Positions 20,992 to 31,435 are shown, counted from the stretch's first letter. The stretch: DNA of 64,000 nucleotides from an uncultured Methylomirabilota bacterium (GCA_963845565.1 CAWJSJ010000005.1:576001-640000), one strand, 5' to 3'. Notes: generated by a model from the sequence alone, not told the origin. Numbers and translations: made by a program.

Positions 20992-23415
20992 ATGGATGTC
21001 CACTCGTTACGCGTGCTGGAGTTCGATGCGGTCCTGGAGTGCCTGGCCGCCGAGGCGGCCTCCATCCTCGGACGGCAGCGGGCCCTTGCCGTGGCGCCGT
21101 CGGCGGACCCGGCCCTCGTCGTCCAGCGCCTGACCGAGACCCGGGAAGCGCGCACACTCCTGGTGCACGGGCCCGCGCCGGCGCTGGAGCGGGCGGCGGA
21201 CGTCCGCGAGTCCCTGGCGCGCGCCGGGATCGCCGGGGCGCGGCTGTCCCCGCCGGATCTCCTGGCGATCGCGGAGACGCTGGAGGCCGCCGAGCAGCTC
21301 CGGCAGTGGGTGCGTCGGCCCGATCTGGACCTCCCGCGGCTGTCCGCCGTCTCCGCCGGTCTGCGGCCGCCGTCTGCCCTGTGGCGCGAGATCCGGCGGT
21401 GCATCTTGCCGGACGGCACGGTGACCGATACGGCCAGTGCCGAGCTCTCCCGGTTGCGAACGCAGGCGCGCGCCGCGCGCGAAGCGGCCCGCGAGCATCT
21501 GCAGGCGCTCCTGGGAAGCCCGCAGCTGCACGGCGTGATCGCCGAGCCGGTGATCACGCTTCGGAACGATCGGTATGTCATCCCGGTCCTGGCCGGCTAC
21601 CGCGTGCATCTTGCCGGGGTTGTCCAGGATCAATCCGGCAGCGGGCACACCCTGTTTCTGGAGCCCCTCTCGGTGGTCGAACAGAACAATGCCATCCGCC
21701 GGCTGGAGCGGGAGGCCGAGAGCGAGGTGGACCGGATCCTGGGCGACCTGACCGCCAAGATCGGGGCCGCAGGCGACGACATCCGCGCGACCGTGGAGGC
21801 CCTGGCGGACCTGGACCTGATCCTCGGTCGGGCGCGGCTCGCCGAGCGGTGGGGGGCGACGCAGCCGACCGTCAATCCCGAGGGCAGCCTCTGCTTGCGG
21901 GGAGCGAGACATCCGCTGCTGCTGGAATCGCGTCGGCGCCGGGCAACGGACGCCGACCTGCAAGAGGTAGTGCCCATCGACGTGCCGTTGGAGCGGTCGG
22001 GGAGGGTGCTGGTGATCACGGGCCCGAACGCCGGCGGGAAGACGGTGGCCCTCAAGACCGTGGGCCTGCTCGTCCTGATGGCGCAGGCCGGCCTGCACAT
22101 CCCCGCCTCGCCGGACTCGTCCTGGCCGGTCTTCCGCGGGGTCTATGCCGACATCGGGGACGAGCAGAGCATCGCCCGGGATCTCAGCACCTTCTCGGCG
22201 CACGTGTCGCGGCTCACGGCAATTCTCGCCGCCGCAGACGGGAGTAGTCTGGTCCTCATCGACGAAATCGGGGCCGGCACCGATCCGGGAGAGGGGGCGG
22301 CTCTGGGCAACGCGATCCTGGAGGCGCTGGCTGGTCGGGGATCTCATGTCGTGGCCACGACGCATCTCGACGGAATCAAAGCCTTTGTGGCAAATCATCC
22401 TGCCATGGTGAACGCGGCCGTGGAGTTCGACCTTGACAGGATGCGGCCGGTGTATAAATTACATATCGGGTTTCCTGGTCGCAGTTTCGCCATTGATGTT
22501 GCCTGCCGCCTTGGCATCCCTCCGTCCATTGTACAGCGTGCGCGGGAGTTTGTCGGGGATTCCGGTGCAGGGGTCGCCGCCCTGCTGGACCAGTTGCACG
22601 TCCTGGAATCGCAGCGCGCCGAGCAGGCGGCCGCCGCCACCCGGGAGCGGGCAGAGGCCGTCCGTGCCCGGGAAGAGGCCGAGAACATCGTCCGGGACCT
22701 GCGCGTCAAGGCCGCGAGCCTCCGAGCCCGGACCGGACAGGTGGTGGCGGAGATTGCGGCCGAGGCTCGCCGACGAGTCGAGGCGGTTGTCGCGGACTTG
22801 AAACGCGGCCGGGCCGTGCAGGAGGCGCGTCACGCCGTGGGGCAGCTCGCCGACCTGCCGGAGGCCGTGCTGGCGGAGTTTCCGGCGCCGCCGCCGGGAG
22901 CCGAGGATACCCCGCTTGAGCGGATCGAGCCGGGCCAGCAGGTCCGCATCCGGCATCTCGGGCAAGTCGGTACGGTGGTGTCCGAGGTAAGCGCCCAGGG
23001 ACTGGTCGAGGTGCAGTTGCCCGTGGGGAAAGCCCGCGTGCCCGTGACGGCGCTCTCTGGGGCGGGTCCGGCCATTCCCCGGCGCGAGGCGCCCATTTCA
23101 TGGACGGCGGGGGCAGGGGAGAGCCTGACGGCGGAGATCAACGTGATCGGCTGCACCGTCGAGGAGGCGACCCAGCGGGTCGCACGGTACCTGGACGACG
23201 CCATGCTGGGCGGACTGTCACGGGTCCGGATCATCCACGGCAAGGGAACCGGGCGCCTCCGGCGCGGCATCGCGGAACTCCTGCAGGCACACCCGCTGGT
23301 GGCCGGGTTTCAGATTGCCTCCTTCGACGAGGGGGGCACAGGGGCTACCGTGGTGGACCTGGGAGCGCGGGAGGGGGAGGGGCATCCCCCGGCGCCGCCA
23401 CCGGACGCAATGTGA
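20992..23415 (+). CDS. mutS2: MutS2 with KOW and Smr domains
   Basis: LRVLEF, ITGPNAGGKT, DIGDEQSI, DEIGAGTDP, TTH, IIHGKGTGRL, EGGTGATVV. Confidence 0.96.
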   Translation: MDVHSLRVLEFDAVLECLAAEAASILGRQRALAVAPSADPALVVQRLTETREARTLLVHGPAPALERAADVRESLARAGIAGARLSPPDLLAIAETLEAAEQLRQWVRRPDLDLPRLSAVSAGLRPPSALWREIRRCILPDGTVTDTASAELSRLRTQARAAREAAREHLQALLGSPQLHGVIAEPVITLRNDRYVIPVLAGYRVHLAGVVQDQSGSGHTLFLEPLSVVEQNNAIRRLEREAESEVDRILGDLTAKIGAAGDDIRATVEALADLDLILGRARLAERWGATQPTVNPEGSLCLRGARHPLLLESRRRRATDADLQEVVPIDVPLERSGRVLVITGPNAGGKTVALKTVGLLVLMAQAGLHIPASPDSSWPVFRGVYADIGDEQSIARDLSTFSAHVSRLTAILAAADGSSLVLIDEIGAGTDPGEGAALGNAILEALAGRGSHVVATTHLDGIKAFVANHPAMVNAAVEFDLDRMRPVYKLHIGFPGRSFAIDVACRLGIPPSIVQRAREFVGDSGAGVAALLDQLHVLESQRAEQAAAATRERAEAVRAREEAENIVRDLRVKAASLRARTGQVVAEIAAEARRRVEAVVADLKRGRAVQEARHAVGQLADLPEAVLAEFPAPPPGAEDTPLERIEPGQQVRIRHLGQVGTVVSEVSAQGLVEVQLPVGKARVPVTALSGAGPAIPRREAPISWTAGAGESLTAEINVIGCTVEEATQRVARYLDDAMLGGLSRVRIIHGKGTGRLRRGIAELLQAHPLVAGFQIASFDEGGTGATVVDLGAREGEGHPPAPPPDAM

Positions 23416-23422
23416 GGCCAGC

Positions 23423-25210
23423 GTGATCCCCGAGGACGTCATCGCCGAGATCGTCCGGCGCATCGACATCGTGGAACTGATCGGAGGATACCTCCCGCTT
23501 CGGGCAGCGGGGCGGACGCACAAGGGGTTGTGCCCGTTCCACACCGAGAAGACGCCGTCGTTCGTCGTCAATCCCGAACGGCAGATCTTCCACTGCTTCG
23601 GCTGCGGGGAGGGGGGGGACGCCATCGCGTTCCTCATGAAACACGAGCGGCTCGGCTTCATGGAGGCGGTGCGGTTCCTGGCCGAGCGCGCCGGTGTCTC
23701 GCTCCCCACGACGCGGGGCGGGCAGGGGCCGGGGGAGACGGACAGCCGCCTGCCGCTGCTGGAGATCCACCGGCTGGCACTCCAGCATTTTCGGGAGAAC
23801 CTGGCAGGGCGGGCGGGGGAGGCCGCCCGAACGTATCTGGCCGACCGGGGGCTCGCCCCGGAACTGGTCGAACGGTTCGAGTTGGGCTTTGCCCTGCCGA
23901 GTTGGGACGCGCTCCTCCGCGTGCTCAAGACGCGGGGATACCCGGACAAGGTGCTGGAGGCGGCCGGGCTCTCCGTGCCCCGGCAGAGCGGGTCGGGTTA
24001 CTATGACCGGTTCCGGAACCGCCTCATGATCCCGATCTGGGACGTGAGCGGGAAGGTGGTGGCCTTCGGTGGGCGTGCCCTGGAAGCGACGGAGGTGAAG
24101 TACATCAATTCGCCCGAGACGGCGCTGTACCGGAAGGGACATCACCTGTACGGGTTGAACCTGGCGACGCGCGCCATCCGCGACCGGAAAGTCGTCATCG
24201 TGGTGGAGGGGTACTTCGACGCCATCATGCTGCACGCCCACGGGTTCGGGAACGCCGTGGCGGCGCTGGGGACGGCGCTCACCACCGACCAGGCGCGCCT
24301 CCTGGGCCGGTACGCCCAGACCGTGGTGCTTCTCTTCGACCCGGATGCGCCGGGGATCGGCGCCGCCCGGCGCAACCTGGAGCACTTGATCAACGTCGAT
24401 CTCACCTGGCGGATCGTCCTGCTGTCCGACGGGTTGGACCCCGACGCGTTCCTGCGACAGCACGGGACCGCCGAGTTCCAGGCGGCGCTGGACGGTGCGC
24501 AGGACCTGGTGGAATTCTTTCTGGATCGCCGCGTGTCGGGGCTGGACCTCAACGACCCGGTGGAGCGGGCCCGCGCGGTGGACGGCCTGATCGATGTCGT
24601 GGGGCTGATCGACAGCCCGATCCGCCGCGAAGGATACGTCCAGCGCATCGCCCAGCGGGCGGCGATCTCGGACCGGACGCTGCTGGAGGCGGTGGCGCAA
24701 CGGCGCGGGCGGATCGGCCGGCAGGACGCCCGGGCGGCGCCGCCCCCGGCACCGACCACCCCGCCCACGGCGGAAGAGCAACTGGTGTTCGTGGGGCTCC
24801 ATCATCCGGCCTATCGCGGGCGGATCGCCGCCGAGCTTGCGCCGGAGGATATCCGGGACCCGGTGCTGCAGCGGATTTTCCTGGAGTTCGTGCAAAAGGG
24901 GGAACTGGGATCGCGCGACGCCGGCGCCCGCCCCATGAGCCTCCAACCGCCGGAGGTGCAGCGTCGCCTCTCGTCGCTGTGGGCGGCTGCGGGGGAGAGC
25001 GATCTGCTTCCGACGGGCGAGGAGCGGGACGCGGCCCTGGCCCAGATGGTGGAGGACTGTCTCGGGCGGATTGCCGCACGGCGCGCCCGCGCACAGCGCA
25101 CGGTACTGCGCCAGGCCCTGGAAGCAGCCGATCGCCAGGGGGATCCTGAGCGCGTGTTGAAGCTTCTGGCGGAACACCCCTCAATCAAGAGCGGAGACAA
25201 GACCACTTAG
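23423..25210 (+). CDS. dnaG: DNA primase
   Basis: CPFHTEKTPSF, CFGCG, FRNRLMIPI, KYINSPET, VEGYFD, FDPD, DPD. Confidence 0.97.
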   Translation: MIPEDVIAEIVRRIDIVELIGGYLPLRAAGRTHKGLCPFHTEKTPSFVVNPERQIFHCFGCGEGGDAIAFLMKHERLGFMEAVRFLAERAGVSLPTTRGGQGPGETDSRLPLLEIHRLALQHFRENLAGRAGEAARTYLADRGLAPELVERFELGFALPSWDALLRVLKTRGYPDKVLEAAGLSVPRQSGSGYYDRFRNRLMIPIWDVSGKVVAFGGRALEATEVKYINSPETALYRKGHHLYGLNLATRAIRDRKVVIVVEGYFDAIMLHAHGFGNAVAALGTALTTDQARLLGRYAQTVVLLFDPDAPGIGAARRNLEHLINVDLTWRIVLLSDGLDPDAFLRQHGTAEFQAALDGAQDLVEFFLDRRVSGLDLNDPVERARAVDGLIDVVGLIDSPIRREGYVQRIAQRAAISDRTLLEAVAQRRGRIGRQDARAAPPPAPTTPPTAEEQLVFVGLHHPAYRGRIAAELAPEDIRDPVLQRIFLEFVQKGELGSRDAGARPMSLQPPEVQRRLSSLWAAAGESDLLPTGEERDAALAQMVEDCLGRIAARRARAQRTVLRQALEAADRQGDPERVLKLLAEHPSIKSGDKTT

Positions 25211-25312
25211 GAGCCGTTACGAAATTAACTATACATCTCTTTCTATTTCGTTACGGCTCCTTATGCCGTTTCGGAATGTCTCCGCTCAACTAATTCTCTG
25301 ACAACGGCCTAG
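25208..25312. mobile_element. Family E ~105-bp AT-richer MITE-like element, copy 1
   Basis: TAG-GAGCCGTTACGAAAT...ATTTCGTTACGGCTCCTTA-TGCCGTTTCGG...ACAACGGC-CTAG; near-identical inverted copies at 43091 and 52859. Confidence 0.85.
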
Positions 25313-25324
25313 GGGAGAGATCGC

Positions 25325-27385
25325 ATGGTCAAGACACCGACAGGAAAGCATGCCGCGGCCCGGCGCCGGCCGACAGAGCCCTCGCGCCCTCGCCCCACGG
25401 CGGCGCGACCATCCGGCGACAGCGGCCGCAAACCGGCGGCCAAGGCAACCGTCCGGCCCGCGGCGTCGAGCAAGAAGCCCGCCCCCCCACCCAAGAAGAC
25501 CGCGAAGGCGCCCGAACCGAAGCGGCCCGCGCCGGCAAAACCGGCCCCGGCGGCCGCGCCGACCGCCAAGCGGCCGGGCAAGCCCGAGCCGAAGGGCGCG
25601 CTCGGGACTCGACCGGCGGCCACAGCCGCCGCCCGGATCGAGGAGATCAAGGCGCTCGTCGCCCTGGGGAAGAAGAAGGGCTACCTGACCTACGACGAGA
25701 TCATGAGCCAGATCCCCGAGGACGAGGCGTCCGCCGAGCGGTTCGACGAAATCTTCCGCGCGCTGGGGGAGATGGACATCGAGGTGGTGGACGCCCCGGA
25801 GCGGCGGAAGGGTGCCGACGGCGAGGAGACGTCGGAGGAAGAGGCGTCGCCGGAGGCGGAATTGGATCTGTCCCCCGCGCCGGTCGGACGCACCGACGAT
25901 CCGGTCCGCATGTACCTCCGGGAGATGGGGCGGACGCCGCTGCTCACCCGCGAGGGCGAGATCCGGATCGCCAAGCGCATCGAGGAAGGCCGCAAGGAGG
26001 TGGCGAACTCCGTCTGCCGCGCGGCGGCCGCGGTGCGCGAGATCCTGTATATGGGGGAGCGGCTGGAGCAGGGGCGGCTCCGGATCGGGGATCTGCTGGC
26101 GCTGAACGAGTTCGAGGAGATCTCCGAGCAGCGGGAGCGCGATCTGCAGAACGAGATCAAGCCGGTGATTCGTGCGCTCAAGAGCGAGCAGGCAAAGGTC
26201 GAGGAGATCCGTCGGCGCATGGAGAAAGCCGGTCCGCGGCCCGGCGAGCGGGTGCGGAGCAAGTTTGACGGCGAGATCGCCGTCCGAAAGACCAAACAGG
26301 CCGAGGTCCTGCGCAAGGTGAACCTCAACCAGCGGGTGGTGGACCGGGTGGTCACGCGGATGCGCCGGTTCCTGGAGCGGATCGAGAGCGGCGAACGCGA
26401 TCTGCTGGACCTGGGCAGGGCCGCTCGCCTCAACCAGACGGATCTGAGGCTCCTGACGTCGAACGGGGACGGCGTCAATCCGAACACGGTCCGCACCGTC
26501 CTGCGGCGGGCGCTGCAGGGCAAGCGCGACGCAGAAATCTACCGGCAGCAGATGACGGCGCTGGCCGATAAGGTCTGGAAGGTCGAGCAGGAGGCGGAGG
26601 CGTCCGCCAAAGAGCTGCGAGCCCTCCTCGTCTCCATCACCGAGGGAGAGCGCAAGGCGCTGCTGGCCAAGAAGGAGATGGTGGAGGCGAACCTCCGCCT
26701 GGTGATCAGCATTGCCAAGAAGTACACGAACCGCGGCCTCCAATTCCTGGATCTCATCCAGGAGGGGAACATCGGGCTGATGCGCGCCGTGGACAAGTTC
26801 GAGTATCAGCGCGGTTACAAATTCAGCACCTACGCCACCTGGTGGATCCGGCAGGCCATCACGCGCGCCATCGCGGACCAGGCGCGCACGATCCGGATTC
26901 CGGTTCACATGATCGAGACGATCAACAAGCTGATCCGGGCCTCGCGCCACCTGGTGCAGGAGTACGGGCGCGAGCCGACCCCGGAAGAAATCGCGCAGAA
27001 GATCGACCTGCCGGTGGACAAGGTGCGCAAGGTCCTGAAGATCGCGCAGGAGCCGATCTCGCTGGAGACCCCCATCGGCGAGGAAGAGGATTCGCACCTG
27101 GGGGATTTCATCGAGGACAAGACGGCGGTATCGCCCATCGAGGCGGTGATCGGGCTCAACCTGGAGCGGCAGACCGAGGAAGTGCTGAAGACGCTCACCC
27201 CCCGCGAGGAACGCGTCCTGCGCCTGCGCTTCGGGATCGGGGACGGCTGCGATCACACCCTGGAAGAGGTCGGGCAGCAGTTCGACGTGACCCGCGAGCG
27301 GATCCGGCAGATCGAGGCCAAGGCGCTCCGGAAGTTGCGCCATCCGACCCGCAGCAAGAAGCTGAAGAGTTTCGTGGAGGGATAG
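25325..27385 (+). CDS. rpoD: Primary sigma factor RpoD with a Pro/Ala/Lys-rich N-terminal extension
   Basis: GYLTYDEI (1.1), [53 protein letters not shown]. Confidence 0.99.
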   Translation: MVKTPTGKHAAARRRPTEPSRPRPTAARPSGDSGRKPAAKATVRPAASSKKPAPPPKKTAKAPEPKRPAPAKPAPAAAPTAKRPGKPEPKGALGTRPAATAAARIEEIKALVALGKKKGYLTYDEIMSQIPEDEASAERFDEIFRALGEMDIEVVDAPERRKGADGEETSEEEASPEAELDLSPAPVGRTDDPVRMYLREMGRTPLLTREGEIRIAKRIEEGRKEVANSVCRAAAAVREILYMGERLEQGRLRIGDLLALNEFEEISEQRERDLQNEIKPVIRALKSEQAKVEEIRRRMEKAGPRPGERVRSKFDGEIAVRKTKQAEVLRKVNLNQRVVDRVVTRMRRFLERIESGERDLLDLGRAARLNQTDLRLLTSNGDGVNPNTVRTVLRRALQGKRDAEIYRQQMTALADKVWKVEQEAEASAKELRALLVSITEGERKALLAKKEMVEANLRLVISIAKKYTNRGLQFLDLIQEGNIGLMRAVDKFEYQRGYKFSTYATWWIRQAITRAIADQARTIRIPVHMIETINKLIRASRHLVQEYGREPTPEEIAQKIDLPVDKVRKVLKIAQEPISLETPIGEEEDSHLGDFIEDKTAVSPIEAVIGLNLERQTEEVLKTLTPREERVLRLRFGIGDGCDHTLEEVGQQFDVTRERIRQIEAKALRKLRHPTRSKKLKSFVEG

Positions 27386-27556
27386 GCGACGTTGGCGACC
27401 GGGCGATTTGGCAACTTGGCGATTAGGCAATTAGGCGATTGGGCAATGGGGCGGCTTGGCGCTCCGAGCCCGCCTTCCGCGTTGCCCGATTGCCCAGGTG
27501 TCAGATTGTCTTGACCCGTTTCCGAATTGCCCAGTTGCCCGATTGCCCAATCGCCC
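27385..27556. repeat. Family B hairpin element between rpoD and the tRNA
   Basis: ggcgattt ggcaactt ggcgatta ggcaatta ggcgattg...aattgccc agttgccc gattgccc aatcgccc. Confidence 0.8.
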
Positions 27557-27565
27557 TCGCAGCAC

Positions 27566-27642
27566 GGGCCCATAGCTCAGTTGGTTAGAGCCGCCGGCTC
27601 ATAACCGGATGGTCCCAGGTTCGAGTCCTGGTGGGCCCACCA
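27566..27642 (+). tRNA. tRNA with CAU anticodon, most likely tRNA-Ile2 (lysidine-modified)
   Basis: GGGCCCA acceptor stem, TAGCTCAGTTGGTTAGAGC D-arm, CTCATAA loop, GGTTCGAGTCC T-arm, encoded CCA; paired 1-72 excludes fMet. Confidence 0.93.
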
Positions 27643-27660
27643 TAGGAGAATCAGCACGAC

Positions 27661-27698
27661 GCCCCGTCTGGCCGAGAGTTAGACGGGGTTTTCGTTTG
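27661..27698 (+). terminator. Intrinsic terminator after the tRNA
   Basis: ccccgtct-ggccgagagtt-agacgggg followed by ttttcgttt. Confidence 0.7.
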
Positions 27699-27873
27699 TT
27701 GGGGAGGAGGGTACAGTCTCCCGCCGGGTCAATGACGCGGCCGAAGATGCCCGCGTCAAGGGTCCTCACGTCCACGAATTGGAGCCGCGTTCGCCTATCC
27801 GTTGCTCCGGGGCAGCGTGGGCATCTACTCGCAGGCGGGCCTCAAGGTAGTGTTGAAGCGAAGCAGGGAGGGC

Positions 27874-28131
27874 TCAGTAGGTTGTGGATGTTCGCCGGCG
27901 GACGGAGGCCACGACAATCAAGCTTCGGTCCGGGTACAGGTCGTAGAGAATGCGCCAATTGCCTACGCGCCGACGCCAGGCCGTGGAGAGTCCATGCAAC
28001 CGAGCGACGTCCCCGGCGAATGGATCTTCGCGCATTTCCCTGAGCGCTATGAGGATTCGGACGCGGTCCCGCCCGGGGATGCCCTCAAGCTCTTTTTCGG
28101 CTGACCGGGCGACGTGCAGTGTCCAGGGCAT
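27874..28131 (-). CDS. RelE/ParE family toxin
   Basis: W.L...AEKEL, DPF.GDV..L, WRRRVGNWRILY, C-terminal RRTSTTY. Confidence 0.88.
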   Translation of the reverse strand: MPWTLHVARSAEKELEGIPGRDRVRILIALREMREDPFAGDVARLHGLSTAWRRRVGNWRILYDLYPDRSLIVVASVRRRTSTTY

Positions 28132-28366
28132 GGAGGAGTTGGTCCAGGCTCACGAATTGACCGCGGGCGTGCTCGCGGCGTGCGCGCCGAAGCGCCCGGA
28201 TATCCTCCACCGAGGGCGTGACGGCGGGGAAGCGTGTGTCGATGTATGTGCGAAGGGCCTCGCGCACCAATTCCGAGCGGGTGCGATGCTCGGCCTTGCG
28301 GACCTCCTCGACCTGCTCCATCATTTCGGCTGGGAGGGAAACGGTCATTGTCTGTCGCGTTCGCAT
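28085..28366 (-). CDS. CopG/ribbon-helix-helix antitoxin
   Basis: MTVSLP...VEEVRKAEHRTRSELVREALRTY; overlaps the toxin start by 47 nt. Confidence 0.88.
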   Translation of the reverse strand: MRTRQTMTVSLPAEMMEQVEEVRKAEHRTRSELVREALRTYIDTRFPAVTPSVEDIRALRRARREHARGQFVSLDQLLHALDTARRPVSRKRA

Positions 28367-28622
28367 TGGCTTTTCCCTGTATTACTTGGTGTGACCAGAT
28401 AATACCGGGTGCCATGGAGGGTCGTCAAGGGAGAACGCCGACCCGCACGGATGGACGCTAGCAGCGAGGAGCGAAACGGACGGTGTCAATGACACCACAG
28501 GTGACACCACGAAAATCGGAGCAGTGTAACTGGATGCACATGACGCGGCTACGGGTGAATGTCAGTTGTTGGGACAGGGACGTTGAGGGACGGAGATGGA
28601 TGTTGAGAGGTGCCGAACAGCG

Positions 28623-28651
28623 TTGACAGTCGTCGGCGTTCGGCGTAGCTT
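28623..28651 (+). promoter_or_regulatory. sigma70-like promoter upstream of the small lipoprotein ORF
   Basis: TTGACA-N17-TAGCTT. Confidence 0.55.
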
Positions 28652-28759
28652 CTACTCACCATCCCCGCATTCTCCGGTGTCCCGGTCGGGACGCTGACCG
28701 CTCGCGGCCCACTTGGTCGCCGTTCTTGATAGACGCCCTGCCCATTTCAGGAGGACACA

Positions 28760-28855
28760 GTGATGCGAATGCAGTCGGTGCTTGCGTTCGTTGTGACGCT
28801 CGCATTGGTGGGATGCTCCGCGCATAGTCCATTTATTGAAAAGGATCGTGAATAA
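28760..28855 (+). CDS. 31-aa predicted lipoprotein (not in the ORF track), possibly a truncated remnant
   Basis: AGGAGG RBS; MMRMQSVLAFVVTLALVGCSAHSPFIEKDRE* with LVGC lipobox. Confidence 0.55.
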   Translation: MMRMQSVLAFVVTLALVGCSAHSPFIEKDRE

Positions 28856-29027
28856 TCCGGTCTACCTGACGAGCAGCCATTCCCGCTTGCAGCGGGAGGA
28901 TATGGGGTAGCGGGCGGACCTGGCACCCAACCGTCAGGTGGGTGCGGCGTCGCCGCGTACGGGCGATGCCTGATCCGTTCCGGACCGCCGCCCCAAGGGT
29001 TCTTACCAAGCCCGCATTGTTCGCGAG

Positions 29028-29984
29028 TTGTTTTCGCGAATAATGCGGGCTCGCCTGACACCGAGCGAGCGGCGATGCCGGCCCAGTCCATCAACCGGAC
29101 GCGGTACAGCCTGCGGCCTCCGCGGGCCGGTCAGGTCGAAGGTTCAGCCACGGTGCATCTCGGAGGGAATACGGGGTCGGAATGATGAGCGTGCGGATGC
29201 AGGCTTCGCAACCAACGATTGCCGCGACGGTGCCCGCCGACGGGACGCATCGCTCCAGCGCCTCGTGGAGGAACTCTACGCGGGGCAGCAGGCGATCGAG
29301 CCGGACAACCCCTACCTCCGCGAGCACGGGAGCCCGATCTGGATCGCGAACCAGATCCGCAACTTTCACTGGTATCGGCCGTTCCTTCCGGACGCGGGGG
29401 CGGTGCTGGACTGGGGGTGTCACCATGCGGTTGACAGTTGCCTGCTCCGTGCCTGGTTTGGGGATCGCCTGTCGTTGCACAGTTGTGACGTCCTCGAACC
29501 TGGCCGGTATCCGGTGTTCCATGATTTCGCGCGTGCCGCCTACACGCGCCTAGAGGACGCAGTGCGGCTCCCTTTCCCGTCCAACTCCTTTGACGCCGTC
29601 ATCGGCTCCGGGGTGTTGGAGCATGTGGCCATGGACTACGAATCCCTCAAGGAACTCCACCGGGTGCTCCGGCCGGACGGGATGCTCCTGATCTCGTATC
29701 TGCCAAACTGGCTTTCGTACGAGGAGTGGGTGCAGCGAACCATCCGGAAGAGCGCCTTCCACCGACGCTTGTACGGTCTGGGCGAGGCGAAGCAACTCTT
29801 GAAGCGGTGCGGCTTCTACCCCGTCCTCGCCGGCTACCATACGTTCTTTTGGAAGCGCCTGGTCAGAGCGGCGGGCTTGCGCCGCTGGGAGCGGCCTCTG
29901 TCCGCACTCTTGGAACGGCTTCTGCCGGTGCAGGTGATCAGCTCGACGCTGCGGGTCGTTGCCCGGAAGATGACAGAGATGTAA
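29028..29984 (+). CDS. Class I SAM-dependent methyltransferase (true start uncertain; possibly ATG near 29182 with a frameshift near 29242)
   Basis: VLDWGC, LPFPSNSFDAVI, VLEHV, ELHRVLRPDG. Confidence 0.8.
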   Translation: MFSRIMRARLTPSERRCRPSPSTGRGTACGLRGPVRSKVQPRCISEGIRGRNDERADAGFATNDCRDGARRRDASLQRLVEELYAGQQAIEPDNPYLREHGSPIWIANQIRNFHWYRPFLPDAGAVLDWGCHHAVDSCLLRAWFGDRLSLHSCDVLEPGRYPVFHDFARAAYTRLEDAVRLPFPSNSFDAVIGSGVLEHVAMDYESLKELHRVLRPDGMLLISYLPNWLSYEEWVQRTIRKSAFHRRLYGLGEAKQLLKRCGFYPVLAGYHTFFWKRLVRAAGLRRWERPLSALLERLLPVQVISSTLRVVARKMTEM

Positions 29985-30147
29985 CCCCTGCCGGTAGGCG
30001 GCATCCTTCCTCTTTTCCCTTGACACTCGGACGGAAAAGTCGACAATTCGAAAATTCCGCGCTTGCGGCGCTCGCCTTGCGTCACCCTCCGGGACGGCGC
30101 CTCGACCATGAGACAGTGGAACCCATAGTTTGCCGGAAGGAGAAGCC

Positions 30148-30399
30148 GTGGACACACGGGACGTGATCCGTCGCTACCTCATCGAGCACTCAGCGAAGCC
30201 GGGAATCAGCACGTTTGACGAGGAGCGATCCCTTCTGGATCAGGGGGTGCTGGACTCCTTCGACCTGGTGAACCTGGTGACCTTCCTGGAGACGGAGTTC
30301 GGGATAACGGTTGCGGACGACGAAATCGACGCGGCGGTGCTGTCCGCGTTCGACCGCCTGTGCGCGTTTGTCGAAGGCAAGCGGGGCCCCACCAGATGA
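30148..30399 (+). CDS. Acyl carrier protein, DltC-like type
   Basis: LLDQGVLDSF phosphopantetheine Ser motif, FLETEFGITV. Confidence 0.88.
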   Translation: MDTRDVIRRYLIEHSAKPGISTFDEERSLLDQGVLDSFDLVNLVTFLETEFGITVADDEIDAAVLSAFDRLCAFVEGKRGPTR

Positions 30400-30421
30400 T
30401 CTTTTTGCAGGGAGTGCCCAG

Positions 30422-31435
30422 ATGACGGAGGTCTCGGTGCCCGTGGCAGTCTCGGGGGTCGGCCACTACGTCCCGGAGCGGGTCGTCACGAACGACCATC
30501 TGGCCCCCCTCTTGGGGACCACACCCGATTGGATCGCGGACCGGAGCGGCATCCGCGAACGCCGCTTCGCCGCCCCGGATCAAACCAACGCCGACCTGGC
30601 GCTGCGGGCTGCCCGGCTCGCGCTGGACCGCGCCGGGCTCGCGCCTGACGCCCTGGACATGATCGTGGTCGCCACCCTGAGCCCCGACCACTTCTTCCCC
30701 GGGGTCTCGGCCACTCTGCAGGCCGGCCTGGGGGTCACCCGGCCTATCCCGTCCTTTGATCTCCACGCGCAGTGCGGGGGATTCATCTACGGGCTTGGTG
30801 TGGCTCAGGGCTTGCTCGCCAGCGGGCGGTACGCCCACGTGCTGGTGGTGGGGTCAGAGCGCCAATCGGTCGGCCTGGACTTTTCCCCCCGAGGGCGCGA
30901 CATGAGCATGCTCTTCGGCGATGGGGCCGGAGCGCTGGTCCTCTCCCGGCAGCCTCACGATGACCAACGCCCCTTCGTGGTGGAGCTGTTCGCGGACGGA
31001 CGGTTCGCCCGGGAATTGTGGATGGAGGCCCCCGGCGCCGCGCTCCCCGCCCACCGGCTGACCCCCGAGGACATCCAGGCGGGCCGCTGCTTCCCCGCCA
31101 TGAACGGCAAGAACCTCATCCTCCATGCCGGCCGCAAGATGTCTCAGGCCGCCCACGCGGTCGTGGATCGAGCGGGTCTGACGCTGGGCGAGGTGGACTG
31201 GATCGTCCCGCACCAGGCAAACCTCAACCTCCTCACGGGCCTGGAGCGGGCCCTGGGAGTCCCGGCGGAACGAGTGGTGAAGAATATCGGCCGGGTGGGG
31301 AACACCTCGGCCGCCTCCATCCCCATCGCCCTGTCGGAAGCCATGGCCTCCGGCCAGATCTGCAAGGGGCATCGCGTCCTGCTGCTCGGCTTCGGAAGCG
31401 GATTCACCTGGGGGGGGTGTCTCTTTCAGTACTGA
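30422..31435 (+). CDS. FabH / KAS III family enzyme
   Basis: RSGIRERR, AQCGGFIYG (Cys), LFGDGAGA, PHQAN (His), GNTSAASIP (Asn), FGSGFTWG. Confidence 0.93.
   Translation: MTEVSVPVAVSGVGHYVPERVVTNDHLAPLLGTTPDWIADRSGIRERRFAAPDQTNADLALRAARLALDRAGLAPDALDMIVVATLSPDHFFPGVSATLQAGLGVTRPIPSFDLHAQCGGFIYGLGVAQGLLASGRYAHVLVVGSERQSVGLDFSPRGRDMSMLFGDGAGALVLSRQPHDDQRPFVVELFADGRFARELWMEAPGAALPAHRLTPEDIQAGRCFPAMNGKNLILHAGRKMSQAAHAVVDRAGLTLGEVDWIVPHQANLNLLTGLERALGVPAERVVKNIGRVGNTSAASIPIALSEAMASGQICKGHRVLLLGFGSGFTWGGCLFQY

Noticed and set aside
27566..27642. tRNA as initiator or elongator Met
   Set aside because: The paired first base pair and the lack of three consecutive G-C pairs in the anticodon stem exclude fMet. 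Overall resemblance and the rpoD linkage favour Ile2, although elongator Met is not strictly excluded.
30020..30081. sigma54 promoter and enhancer upstream of the ACP gene (CGGCGCTCGCCTTGC; GGA-N11-ACA)
   Set aside because: The match is weak, the half-site is too close to the promoter, and an overlapping TTGACA offers another reading.
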